DNA of 64,000 bases from Felis catus (Eukaryota): positions 103,666,001-103,730,000 of the forward strand of contig NC_058368.1 of NCBI RefSeq assembly GCF_018350175.1, in the 5' to 3' direction. The notes below the pieces were generated by a model that worked only from the letters and a program-made list of their open reading frames with translations, was not told the origin of the DNA and searched no databases. Positions within the stretch are counted from its first letter, which is position 1, and every line of letters begins with the position of its first letter. Made by a program: the position numbers and the translations under genes. Of the stretch, positions 49,725 through 62,620 are shown piece by piece.

Positions 49725-52700
49725 CTTCACTGACATATGATTGACAAATAACTTTGTGTACATTTAAGGTGTACAGTGTGATGACTTTACGCATGTATAC
49801 CTGGTGAAATGTTTACCACAACAAGGTTAGTTACCACATCCTCCACCTCACATAATCACTTTTTGGTTATAGCTGCTATGGCAAGAATATTTAAGATCTA
49901 CTCTTATAGCAACTTGAACGTACACAACACACTATTGTAAACCATAGTCGCCAGGCTGTATGCTGTATCCCCAGAACTTCTTCTAACTGTAAATTTGTAC
50001 CCTTTGATCAACGTCTCCCTATGTCCTCCATTCCCCCAGTCTCTGGCAACTACCACTCTGTTTCTATGACTTTGGATTTTTTAGATTCATCATGGAAGGG
50101 AAATTATACAGTATTTTTTCCCTATCTCATTTTTCTTAGCATAATACATTCCAGATCCATCCACGTTTTCACAATGGCAGGAGTTCCTTCTTTTTCATGC
50201 CTAAGTATTATCGCTTTTTTGTGGTGTATACACATACATATACATACCACGTCTTTATCCATTCATCTGTGGATGGGCACTGGTGTTTTCATATCTTCAC
50301 TAGAATGCAAACAATGCTACAATGAACATGGGGGTGCAGATATCTCCTGGAGGTCTGATTTCATTTCCTTTGGAGATATACCCAGAAGTAGGATTGCTAG
50401 ATCATACAATAGCTCTATTTTTACCTTTTTTTCAGGACCCTCCACAGTGTTTCCCGTAGTGGCTACACCAGTTACATGCCCACCAACAGTGCACAAGGGT
50501 TCTCTTTTTTCCAAATCGTTCCCAACGCTTGTTGTTATCTCTTGTCTTTTTGATTACAGCTATTCTAACAGATGTGAGATGATATCTCATTCTTGTTTTG
50601 ATTTGCACTTCGCTGATGATTCGTGATGGTGAATACCTTTCCAGGTGTCTGTTGACCATCTGTATGTCTTCTTGGAAAAATGTCTATTCAGGTCCTTTGC
50701 CCATTTTGTAATTATATCGGGGTTTTGATTTTCTATTGAGTTGCATGAATTCTCTGTACATTTTGAATATTAACCCCTTACCACATAAGTGGTTTGCAAA
50801 TATTTTCTCCCATTTCACAGGTTGCCTTATCAATCTGTTGACTATTTCTTTTGCTGTACAGATTTTTAGTTTGAAGGTAGCCCCATGTTGATTTTTGCTT
50901 CTGTTGCTTGTGCTTTTGGTGTCATATCAGAAAAACTATTGTCAAGACCAACATCAAGAAGTTTTCTCCCCTATGTTTTCTTCCAAGAGTTTTATGGCTT
51001 CCAGTCTTAATTTATCACTAGGTAATTTTTGTGAGCGCTGTGACACAGGGGTCTAATTTCATGTTTTTGCATATGAATATCCAGTTTCTGTAACCATTTA
51101 TTGAAGAGCTTACCCTTTCCCCCACTGACTACTCTTGGATCCCTTGTCAAATCTTACTTGACTATATTTGTGAAATATTGATTTTGTTCCATGTCTGTCT
51201 TAATTCCAGTACCATACTGTTTTGTTTCCTATTCAGCTTTGTAAAAACAGTTTAAAATAAGGAATTGTGATGCCTCCAGCTTTGTTCTTTATCAAGATTG
51301 CTTTGGATATTTGAATTTTTTTCCTGGCTTCATATGAATGTAGATCATTCTATTTCTGTGAAAAATGCTACTTGAATTCTGATAGGCATTGCATTGAATG
51401 TATAAATGGCTTTGGGGTAGTATGAACATTTTAACAAATGATTCTTCCAATACATTACCACAGGATATCTTTCCTTTTACTTGTGTCTTTTTCCATTTCT
51501 TTTATCAATATCTGATAACCTTGGGTGTATACATCTTTCCTCTTCTTGGTCAAATTGATTCCTAAGTACTTTATTGTTTTTGACGCTGTTGTGAACAGGA
51601 TTGTTGTCTTGATTTTTCTTTTTGATACTTCATTATTAGTGTATACAAATGCAACCGATTTTTGTACACTGATTTTGTATCCTGAAACTTCACTGATTTC
51701 GTTTACTTGTTTTAAAAGGTTTTCGGTGGAGTCTTTAGAATTTTTCTATATATAATATGTCAATAGCAAATACAGACAATTTCACTTCTTTTCTGATTTA
51801 GATGCCTTTTATTAGTTTTTTTCTTACAAAATTGCCCTGGCTAGGACTTGTAGTATTATGTTGAATAAGCATGGTATATACCTTGTCTTGTACTTGATTT
51901 TAGAGGAAAAGCTTTCAGCCTTTCTCCACTGAGTATGATGATAGCTGTGGGCTTGTCATATATAGCCTTTATTATGTTGAGGTACATTCCCCCTAAACCC
52001 ATTTTATTGAGAGTTTGTAGCATGAAAGTATGTTGAATTTTGACAAATGCTTTTTCCGCGTATTAAGATGATCATTTGATTCGTATCCTTCATTCTGTTA
52101 ATGTGGTGTAACATTTATTGATTTGTGAATGTTGAACCATCCTTGCATCCCAATTATAATGCCCACTTGATCATGGTGTACGATCCTTTTAATACGCTGT
52201 GGAGTTCAGTTTGCTAGTATTCTATTAAGAATCTTTGCATCTATACTCATCGGAGATATTTGCCCATAATTTTCCTCTCTTGTAGTATCCTTATCTAGCT
52301 TTGTTATCATAGTAATTCTGGCGTCATAAAATGAGTTTAGGGATATACTCATTTTTTTGTATGAGTTTTTTGTAGTCTAAGAACATTTGGTGTTAATTTT
52401 TCTTTAAACATAGTAGAATTCACCTGTGAAGCCATCTGGTCCTTGGCTTTTCTTTTTTGGGCAGCTTTTTGATTACTGATTCAACACTCACTCATTATTA
52501 GTCTGTTCAGATTTTGTATTTCTTTATGATTCTATTGGTAGCTTGTATGTTTCTAGGGATTTATCCACTTCTTCTAAGTTGTCCAATGTGTTGGAGTATA
52601 ATTGCTCACAGTAGTCTCAAGATACTTTGTATTTGTGTGGTATCAGTTGTGTGGTCTCCTCTTTCATTTATAATTTTATTCATTTGAGTCTTCTTTCTTT

Positions 52701-53285
52701 TTTCTTGATAAGTCTAGCTAAAATTTCATAAATTTTACTTATCTCTTCAAAAACCAATGTAGTTTTGTTGATGTTTCCTATTATTTTGTATTCTCCATTT
52801 CATCAATTTTGGTTCTGATCTTTATTATCACCTTCTCTCTACTAACTTTGAGCTTTGTTTAATTACCCTTTCTTCTAGTTCCTTGAGATGTGAAGTTAGG
52901 TTGTCTAATTGAGATCATTCTCTTTGTTTAATGTAGGCATTTATCACTATAACCTTTCCTCTTTGAACTGATTTTGCTATATCCCATTAGTTTGGGTATG
53001 TTTTGTTTACTTTAGCATTTGTTTCAAAATACATTTTTAATGCCCTTTTGATTTCTTCTCCGACCCATTGGTTGTTCAGGAGTGTGTTTGTTAATTCCCA
53101 CATATTTTCGAGTTTTCCTCCTGTTATTGATTTCTAGCTTCATATCACTGTGGTTAAAAATCATAATTGGTATGATTTCAACCTTCTTAAATTTGCTATG
53201 TTTTGTGACCGAACATATGATCTGACCTGGAGAATGTTCTGTGTGCACTTGAGAATAATGTGTATTTTGCTGTTGTTGGATAAAA
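49725..53285 (-). mobile_element. ~3.5-kb L1 (L1MA8/9-like) fragment: 3'UTR through ORF2, many stops and indels
   Basis: Antisense peptides IKTRMRYHLTSVRIAVIKK, EPLCTVGGHV, IELLYDLAILLLGISPKE and NHSDMKLEINNRRK; typical L1 nucleotide motifs throughout. Confidence 0.95.
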
Positions 53286-53725
53286 CAGAACTCTGTTTTT
53301 AACTTAGTACATGGCCGCCCAGAGGAAATATATCCCAGTTTTACCTGCAGCCAGGTTTGCACATGGGCCTAATGTTTAGCCAATGGAATTTGAGAAAAGT
53401 AATTCTGTATAATTTGGAGGATATACCTTTAAAGGGAAAGAAGATATCCCATTACCTCACTCTCCCTCTATCCTGATGCCCAGGATTATGGATATGATAG
53501 CAAGTTATCTTCAACCACAACAACAAGGCTAACACATTACAGATGGTGGAGTTACAAAACAGAAGGAAACCTGGCCTCTGGATGACCTTTTGAAGCAAAA
53601 CCAACATACCAGCCTCAGGTCATCAGCCTCCAGATTATTGCAAAGCCAGGTAAATACACTTTTACAGTGTTTAGCTCACAGCTAATGTGGGTCTCTCTTA
53701 CATACATCCAAACCTATACTCTAAC
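53285..53725 (+). mobile_element. MaLR solo LTR (MLT1I/J-like)
   Basis: acagaactctgttttt...atatcccag...tttagccaatggaatttgag...gatggtggag...agaaggaaacctggcctctggatgac...cctatactctaactaata. Confidence 0.65.
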
Positions 53726-54223
53726 TAATATATTCTGAAAATCTTCATTAAAGTCTGGTTGCACCACAGGCTTGACTTGGGACACATCATGGAAGGATAA
53801 GATGGAAGATGTGCTCAGCAGGACTCTTTGGAGCATATCTGACAGTTTAGCTCTTGCATTGGTAAATGCAAGATTGACAGGCAGAGATGAGAGGAATGGA
53901 AACCTCTTTGCTCCCAATGCCTATAGATTTGGGGCCTTCTACCACCCTTGAGATGAGAGTTTGAATCAAAAATATTCAAGTGGCTCAGCAAAAGCCACTC
54001 AGTGTAAGGACAGAGCACACCTCCATGTTACATACACTCATATGCACACACACACGCACATACATGTGCAGAGGTGTTTGTGCACACATAAAATTACATC
54101 CATTAATAACAGAAAAAAAAATCCTGACTTCACAATTAGAATTTTTTTCAATAGAGAATAGTCTCAGGAGACTAGTTCACCCACAAATTACATTACAACC
54201 TCCCTATTCATAGCATTATTTTT

Positions 54224-54440
54224 TTTTAATTTTTTTTTAACATTTATTTATTTTTGAGACAGAGAGAGACAGAGCATGAATGGGGGAGGGGCAGAGAGAG
54301 AAGGAGACACAGAATCGGAAGCAGGCTCCAGGCTCTGAGCCATCAGCCCAGAGCCCGACGCGGGGCTCGAACTCACAGACCGCGAGATCGTGACCTGGCT
54401 GAAGTCGGACGCTTAACCGACTGCGCCACCCAGGCGCCCC
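54224..54440 (-). mobile_element. Very young SINEC_Fc
   Basis: CpG-rich; perfect TSD tcatagcattattttt. Confidence 0.97.
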
Positions 54441-55345
54441 TCATAGCATTATTTTTAAAAACTAAGCTATCATTTGAATTCTGTATTGAAATATAATGCT
54501 TGTGAGTTCTAAAACAAAAGGCAGCATCGTAACTGTGGGGACTGAGAAAAAGAGTATTTCTTTTTATTTTTTGTTGAAGATAATACCCTAGTGACTTTCA
54601 AGAGTAAACATTTGAAAATAATAAATTGAAGTTCACTACATCTTATTAATTTGTTTTGCAAGGACAGGGGAATCTGTTGCATTAAATTATTCACTAAATA
54701 CGTCTTACTTTACTCACTTTGTTTTGTATATATAATATTTCTTAGGATATTGTCACTTTAATTATTAAAATATCCCTTGTGAGGTTCATAGTAATTATCA
54801 TTACCCTGGAACCATTATATACAATGGAAAAAATTACAGGTAAATAGAAGATGATAATCCTTCCTCTTATAACATCAAGACTACAACAGCTCAGGAACGG
54901 TTATCACTCAAGATTGGGACGTTCCACTAAAAACCTGAACATCTTTTCAGACCATGAAAAAAGCTGCATGATGAAGTATAATGGAGCCATGGTTGGGGCA
55001 CAGAGCAGTTAGCTATGGACTCTGAAAATCTACATTTTTTTTGTTTCATATTCTCTTATTGACACTCCTCCTGTCTCTTCACTGGCATGTCACCTGCGCT
55101 CTCCCCAAAGCCACTATTTCACAGACCTGAAGGGTACCTTTGATGGTGGTGACCTAAGGATTAATCTCAAGGGAGCAAAAGGAGAGAACCAGCTGCTTAG
55201 GAGATGTTCTAGGTGTGAGATTCCCATAACATATAGACAAAGGGTACCTAAGATTTTCGTTGCAGTTGCCCTGCTAAAGGCAGAATAGGAGATGAACGTC
55301 TAGAAAACATTCCATCCAAGACCTCACAAGAACATCCCTCTGCCA

Positions 55346-56307
55346 ACGCTTACGTACTGTTGGTGGGAACATAAATTGTTATCACTGTGGAAAACAGTAT
55401 GGAGGATCCAATATATATATATATATATATATGCACACACACACATAGATATACACACACACACATATATACACATATATATATATACACACACACATAC
55501 ACGTATATATACATATATACGTATGTATACGTGTATATATATATACATATAGTGCGTGTATATATATCTATCTATATATATCTCTGTATAGATATAGATA
55601 TAGATATAGATATAGATATAGATATAGATAGATATCTATATCTATATATAGATCTCTACCATATGAACCCGCAATTCTACTTCTGGGTATATATGCAAAG
55701 AAAATTAAATCAAGATCTCAAAGACATATGTGCATTCCCATCTTCACTGCAGCATTATTCACAACAGTCAAGATATGGAAACAACCCAAGTGCCCATCAA
55801 TGGATGCACAGATAAGGAAGATGCATATATATAGAGAGAGAAATGTGATGGGTGCCTGGTGAGAGATAGATATATAGGCATTATGCTAGGTGAAATAAAT
55901 CAGAGAGAAAGACAAATACTATACGATATCATTTATATATGGAATCTAAAAAAGCTGAATTGGTAGAAGTAGAAAGTAGAATGAAGGTTAACAGGGGCTA
56001 GGGGTGGGGGGACTAGGTAGATGTTACTCAAAAGGTACAAACTTGCAGTTAGAGGTGAATAAGGTCTTAGGATTCTAATGCACAGTATTGTATTAGTTAA
56101 CAGTACCTATTGTATATTTGAAAATTCTAAGAAAGTAAATTTTAAATAGTCTTGCTACATAAAGGAAGTGGTGATGTGTGAGGTGACGGAGGTATTAGCT
56201 AATGCTACAGTGATAATCATACTGTAATTTATCAGTGTATGTACACCTTAAACTTACACAATGTTATATGTCAATAATATTTTAATAAAGTTGGGAGGAG
56301 GCAGTGG
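55346..56307 (+). mobile_element. L1 (L1MA-type) 3' end containing a TA/(GATATA)n microsatellite (55410-55655)
   Basis: actgttggtgggaac...cactgtggaaaacagtatggagg...gcagcattattcacaa...tacaccttaaacttacacaatgttatatgtcaa; TSD aagaacat(c/t)cct(c/g)tgcca. Confidence 0.92.
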
Positions 56308-56923
56308 AAGAACATTCCTGTGCCATATTTTTTATGGAAAACAATGTTAAATGGAAGGCACAAGATCAATAAATCCTAACACAATGATTCTAGGACTCCA
56401 ACACAGTACCTCTTTATGCCAATCCAGCCTTACTTAGATTCATTTTCACATCAGTGTTACAGAGATTTTAGTTAAAATGCAAAATTATACAAATTGGGTA
56501 AGAAAGAATTAAAGGATCTTATTTATATTTATACTGATAACAAAATATGGTCACATAGGAAAAGGGAGATCTTAAAATACTTCCCAAATACTTTCACACA
56601 AAGCAGAACTGTTGAGAGAAAGGTGGTTGCAAGAGAGAAAATGTTATTTCCAATTTTCCACTCTTTTCTTCCATGATGTCATTCAATCTTTTTAACTTCT
56701 AAATACACTTTCAAAACTTTTACTTCCGTCCAGTCAAATCAATTTCTCAAAACCAATTCATGTACCATTTCAAAAGAAGAAAAAGATTAATATGACATAT
56801 TCTATTTTATACCTCAGCTATTTGTTGTAATTTTAGCTTCTCTATGGAAGAAGCAATATGTAGACAACCTTACCAATAAACACTAATAAAATAAGTGTCT
56901 TAGCTTTTAAGTGTGTACAGTTT

Positions 56924-57046
56924 GAGACACCTGGCTGGCTCAGTCAGTGGAGCATGTGACTCTTGATCTCAGGGTTGTGAGTTCAAGCCCCACGTTGGGT
57001 ATAGAGAATATTTAAAATTAAAATCATAAACAAATAAATAAATAAA
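56924..57046 (+). mobile_element. Short old CanSINE
   Basis: cacctggctggctcagtcagtggagcatgtgactcttgatctcagggttgtgagttcaagcccc; TSD tacagtttg. Confidence 0.9.
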
Positions 57047-57982
57047 TACAGTTTGTTCTCCCTGAGGAGTGAGCGAACAATTAAACAGCATCCATGAAGA
57101 CAGAGGATATGGTCACTTTGAGAGGAACACTGACACTGGGTGTCCGGGGGTGAAGATAATGTTTCTAACTCAGGGAAGGCGGATATAGGGACTGGACATA
57201 GAAACAAACATTAACTCTTTACAATTCATATAGTGAATTCATACAGTGAATAGGCATAGTCTTAACTCTTCATTACCCTGTTCTTCACCACTCACCTCTG
57301 AAGCACTATTTTGATATTTTCCATAATGCTAATTCTCTCCAGAGGGGAACTTTTAAAATAATTATTGTTCATATTTAGCTCTTCTCTGTCCACAAAGGTG
57401 CAAAGGGAAAATACTATAGAAAAGCGCAGCATCAACTTTCAGTGAGATTCACATCTTTTCTTAATTTCCTTTTAGGTCATAAATTCCTTGAGAACAGGAA
57501 TAATGTCTTTTCCATTCCTGTAAAATCCCCTGGGTAATAGCACAATGTCTTTCAATCTCAGTGGATACATTTCCTTCGGTTTAGGAATTTTCGCAGAATC
57601 CTAAAAACATTTTCTTTTACTACAACTATAATCATTCCTTCTCTTTAATATTGAGAGACAAATATAATTTTAAAGCTTCTTTTACATGGATTTTAGGGGG
57701 AAATAAAAGATAACCAATGCAGAAACAACAGGTATAATACCATGTAGAATAATCCAGCCTCTTTTCTTTGTTATTCTCAATAGAATCCTAGACTTTTTAT
57801 TCCTTCCCTTCCAAAAAAAGAAGAAAAGAGAAAAAAAGGGGAGTGAGGGAAGGAGGAGATTGTTTCCACTTATGCCTTTTGTGCTTGAGTGATAAAGGCC
57901 AATGAACCCAGAAGGAGCACATCTTGTAACTGTTAGCATAACTCTTGAGGCTGCTGGATGCAGAGTCTGTTCCTGGGGGAAA

Positions 57983-57988
57983 ATATAC

Positions 57989-58045
<57 letters not shown>

Positions 58046-58257
58046 TATATATACATATATATGTATACATGTAATACATATATATACATATATATGTATT
58101 ACATGTATACATATATACATATATATGTATTACATGTAATACATATATATACATATATATGTATATACATGTAATACATATATATGTAATGTATATGTTG
58201 TATACATATGTATACATGTACATATATATATGTAATGTATATGTTGTATACATATAC

Positions 58258-58304
<47 letters not shown>
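57983..58304. repeat. Compound TA-rich micro/minisatellite ending in (TATATG)n
   Basis: Direct observation. Confidence 0.95.
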
Positions 58305-58370
58305 ACTAAAGTACCCTCAGATAGAACAATTTGAATAAACATCCTCACTTTAAGAAAATGTACACATGTT

Positions 58371-58585
58371 GGAGCGCTTGGGTGGTTCAGTCAGTTAAGC
58401 GTCCAACTTCAGCTCTGGTCATGGTCTCGCAGTTTGTGAGTTTGAGCCCCATCTAGAGCTCTGTGCTGACAGCTCAGAGCCTGGGGCCTGCTTCTGATTC
58501 TGTGTCTGTCTCTCTCTCCACCCCTCCCCCACTCACGCTCTGTATCTCTCTCCTTCCAAAATAAGCATTAAAAAAAATTTTTTTA
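58371..58585 (+). mobile_element. CanSINE
   Basis: TSD aaga(a/c)aatgtacacatg. Confidence 0.95.
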
Positions 58586-59289
58586 AAGACAATGTACACA
58601 TGAAGAAGCACAGCAAAATGTCTAAATTATAAATTCAATAGCATGATTTATTTTGAATTCATTAGCTAAAAATATTACATCATAGTGTCAACAGTATAAA
58701 TGATGTCTTTTGTAACCAAGATCTAGAATTCTAAGTAAGGGGGGGAAATGTAGTTTCCTTTTTTCTCTTTTTCTATTCATCTGCTATATTTGAAAATAAT
58801 AAGGATTAAAAAGAACTTTATTGATATAAACCCGAAAATGCATGTTTATCTTGGTATTTGAATTTCTAGTTTGTATTTAATGAAATGCGTAGGGTGCCGT
58901 AGTCATAAGAACAAAATCTCAAATTATTTCACATGTTCCTACATAGCAAACTTAAGATTGCCTAGGGAAAAAACAGAGCAATATACAAGAAAGATTTCAT
59001 ATCAGAAAAAGCATGCTGAAAATAAATAGTAAGATGTAGAAGGACATCTGGTGCAGGAAACAGTGATAAAGGACCTAGAAACACACATGCACTTTACCAC
59101 TAAGTGCAAACAACACAGCCCCCAGTATGACAGTCATTGCTTTTAGCATCACTCATCAAGCTAAGAAGTACCTCGTTCTGGTCATAAAATCCTTGACAGC
59201 GAGAACAATGTCTTTTTCACTCTCATGTCACATAAAATCCCTTGAGTAATAACATCAATTTCTGATAATATTATTATTGTTGTCAATAA

Positions 59290-59450
59290 CTTTAAGGGAA
59301 TTATCCCATTCAATTTCCACAATAACTCCACAAGGTATTACTTAAACCCACTTCAGAGATGAGGAAATAAACTGGAAGAGGTTAAATAATTTCTCCAAGA
59401 TAACACAGAGTAAGTGTTACGGCTGGGATTCAGATCTAGACATTCTGGGC
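59290..59450 (-). mobile_element. MIR fragment (another at ~59860-60070)
   Basis: cccacttcagagatgaggaaa...agaggttaaataatttctccaagataacacagagtaagtg...ggctgggattca. Confidence 0.75.
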
Positions 59451-59504
59451 CTCAAGGCTCCATTGCTTGAAATAAGTATATTTTGGTCATCAAATATGAA
59501 AGCT

Positions 59505-59780
59505 CTCTTCCTGATTTGCAGACTGTTTGCCACCTTCTTGCTGCACCCTCACATTGTGGGAGATGAGGAGAGAGAGTAAGACAGAGAGACAGAGACAGAG
59601 AAAGAGACATCTCGAGTTTCTTCCCCTTTTCATAAGGCATTAATTCCACAATGAAGTCCCCACCCTTATGAACTAATCTAACTCTAATCACCTCTCAGCA
59701 GCCCCACCCCCAAATACCAACACACTGGGGTTTAGGGCTTCAACAAATGAATTTTAGGGAGACACACTCAGTCTTTAATA
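59505..59780 (-). mobile_element. MLT1A-like MaLR LTR fragment
   Basis: ataaggcattaattcca...cacccttatgaactaat...ccccacccccaaataccaacacactggggtttagggcttcaacaaatgaatttt. Confidence 0.85.
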
Positions 59781-60628
59781 CTCTCCTTGTTCACTCCCAA
59801 CACAAAGAAGGGATCTGATCCACAAGGAAAAGGAAAAGTAAGAAAAAAAATGCATTAAAGGCCACTATTTATTGAATACCTATGTAGTGTACTAAACACT
59901 TTACAGACATTAATCCTCTTGCCAGCTCTGAAAGATAAGACTTTTATGCCTATTTTATGGAAGAGGAAGCTGAATTTCAAGTATATGAATCCTTTTGTTA
60001 AGGTCCCTCTTCTAGTAAGCAGTGGATCTGGCATTCAAATGCAAATCAGACTGATTAACCTCTGGGCTTTCTAGTAGAGAGAGATGGCTTTGAGTTAGGT
60101 AAGCTTTCCTCAAATTCCTGAAATGCACTACATAGGCTTGTCGCCTCTCCTCTCCCTCCCTACACTAAACCTAGACTGAATGAATATTCTCAAGACAGCA
60201 CAAAGTCCTGGTCAGCCGGAAGTTAGGGGTCTACAACCTCCCAGTAGATTGCCTGAAATGGCATGAAGAACTTCCAATGTGTGGCAAACACTCTCACCTC
60301 CCTAGTGGAACATCCCATGGGTCCAGAGAACAGCGATTCCCTTCCTTGTAGGACTGCAGTGAGGTAGCTGACCCTCAAACGTGAGCAACTGTCTGTAGGG
60401 AGGCTGGACACTAGGTGGCCAAGCCCCAGCCTCACCAAATATGCCCAGGTTCCAGATAGGCACAGAAGCAACTGAGCCTTAAGGGCTTAAACACTGTGCC
60501 CTGGCATCAGGGTGCGTCAAAAGTCAGAGGGCACATCTAAAGAGAGCACATCACTCATTTCCCGGGTGTGAATATACTCCTATAGTTATCTAAAGGTTAG
60601 ATTTGTTTTAATTGTAAGAAATCAGAAC

Positions 60629-60852
60629 TGGGTGCCTGGGTTGCTTAAGCATCTTAAGTTGGGCTCAGGACATGATCTCAAGGTTCACGAGTTGGGGCCC
60701 GTGTCCGGCTCTGTGCTGACAGCTCAGAGCCTGGAGCCTGCTTCGGATTCTGTGTCTCCCTCTCTCTCTGCCCCTCCCCTGCTCACACTCTGTGTGTGTG
60801 TGTCTCTCTCTCTCAAAATAAATAAATAAACATTAAAAAAACAATTTTAAAA
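60629..60852 (+). mobile_element. CanSINE
   Basis: gctgacagctcagagcctggagcctgcttcggattctgtgtctccc core; TSD-like tcagaact. Confidence 0.93.
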
Positions 60853-60971
60853 AGTCAGAACTTAAACATACTCCATTTGTCAGACTCTCCTACACCAGCC
60901 CCAGTAGTTAGCTGACCTAATGGGAGAGTGGTAGGTATATATAAAACGCATATATAAAGGTAAGTAGATTA

Positions 60972-61606
60972 ATAAGTAGATTCATATGGATGAATCTATA
61001 TTACAAACTTGTAATATACATATATATGCATATATATATATATATAGAACAAATAGATATGTATTTCAAATTTGTTTACCTTTCTGTGATAATAAATGAA
61101 TGTCAATACTAAGCCACCTAGAAGATTTAAAAAACAAAACGAAACAAAAAACACCCTTCTTTGCCCCCTGTAGGTAAACCTGACATTTTAAAAGTGAATG
61201 GGAAAAAATGACCGCATTTTGAAAGAATTTTAAGGTATAGACAGAGCATTTTGAAAACAGATGTTTGGAAATGGAAACGTGATTTTGCTGCCAAAATTAA
61301 GTAAGCATATTATCTATTTTTTTAAAGCCTCATTTCTTACACTTTAAAAACTGAGAAACACAATTGTCTAGGCTGTTTTAAAATCATCTATACAAAAAAT
61401 TTCACCGGATTTAAACCCTTCAGTGAAAAATGTAACAAAGGAACACCATTGTGCTCATGCATAAGAATCACTAACTCAATGACATCATGGAACACGGAAA
61501 TGTACCAGATGAATTCAACAAAACCCGACTATTATTAGATACGAAAAAATGTTATAATTTCACAAGTGGAGTCAAGTTTGCATTTCATCCATATGAATCT
61601 ACTTAT
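60972..61606. repeat. Perfect 23-bp inverted repeat, 589-bp spacer
   Basis: ataagtagattcatatggatgaa (60972-60994) is the reverse complement of ttcatccatatgaatctacttat (61584-61606). Confidence 0.95.
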
Positions 61607-62260
61607 CTTTATTAGGTATCTTTGTCAGCTTTGTTTTCATTAAAACCAAGCGGGAAATTAAACTGGACTGATGAGCCAACATTTGAATCACTGATAAAAC
61701 CAGTATCTTCCAAACTATAAAGCACGTTCAATCAAGTTTTGCTAACAATCATAAATAACAATATGACAAAAATTTATTCCATTAATATTAAAATCTAAAG
61801 ACTTAAAAAAATACGTGTTTATTGCACAAGTCTCTGTATTTCTGTTTTTATATGTTTTGTAATAAGTATATTAATAGAACACTACATGCACAGATTTTTT
61901 TTTGGAGATTATTTTTCTGCACTGTGTAGGACCATTGGAAAACAAGTCCATTTCTGGAAGAATGGGCAGGAACTGACTGACGTTTCTTGTCATCTTCATG
62001 TGTGGGGGCTCTGGGACAGATTTAATTGGATTTAGTGAGTTATGGAGGAAATTCACATACTTTAATCTGTTATCTCTGCTCTGAACAGTTTTCCTTGAAC
62101 TAACAGACAGAAATCCACAAATCGAATCCATTCATATTTGAATGATAACAGGAAGTCCTGTCATCCATGAACCCAGATTAAACTCAGCCTATTTTTAACA
62201 CTATTCTCCCCAACTCGCTGAACATGGGGAGGAATGACTCTCAAAAATGATGTGACTCCT

Positions 62261-62620
62261 TATTACTCAGCAATCAAAAAAGGTGAAATCTTACCATTTA
62301 CAACTACGTGGATGGAACTAGAGAGTATTATGCGAAGCAAACTTAGAGAAAGACAAATATCATATGATTTCACTCATAGGAGGGCTTTAAGATACAAAAC
62401 AGATGAACATAAGGGGAGGGAAGCAAAAAGAATATAAAAACAGAGAGGGGGACAAAACATAAGAGACTCTTAAATACAGATTGCAGAGGGTTGATGGAGG
62501 GGTTGTGGGAAGGCGGATGGGCTAAATGGGTAAGGGGCAATAAGGAATCTACTCTTGAAATCACTGTTGCACTATAGGCTAACTAACTTGGATGTAAATT
62601 AAAAAATAAATAAATTTTTA
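62261..62620 (+). mobile_element. Feliform/carnivore L1 3' end (same subfamily as 35871-36378)
   Basis: YYSAIKKGEILPFTTTWMELESIM; perfect 18-bp TSD aaaaatgatgtgactcct (62243-62260 / 62621-62638). Confidence 0.96.

Noticed and set aside
50021..50659. Longest ORF (201 aa) and overlapping ORFs
   Set aside because: It is the antisense frame of a decayed L1; the sense ORF2 frame is broken.
57875..57975. Minus-strand acceptor ttttcccccag followed by open frames
   Set aside because: The only nearby donor is a poor non-canonical AG|GCATAA, and the upstream region is microsatellite.
7241..58348. Tyr/Ile/Cys/His-rich ORFs at ~7.3, 25.4, 55.4 and 58 kb
   Set aside because: TA/CA microsatellites lack stop codons by composition.
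393..60829. Family of similar small ORFs (MAQSVKHPTSAQVMISQFMSSSP..., RQRETEHERGRGRERGRHRIG...)
   Set aside because: These are translations of CanSINE copies on either strand, not a paralogous gene family or array.
36039..62564. Two near-identical ORFs, MISGVDSLMPLTHLAHPPSH and MISRVDSLLPLTHLAHPPSH
   Set aside because: Both are antisense readings of the 3'UTR of the same L1 subfamily, each copy with its own TSD.
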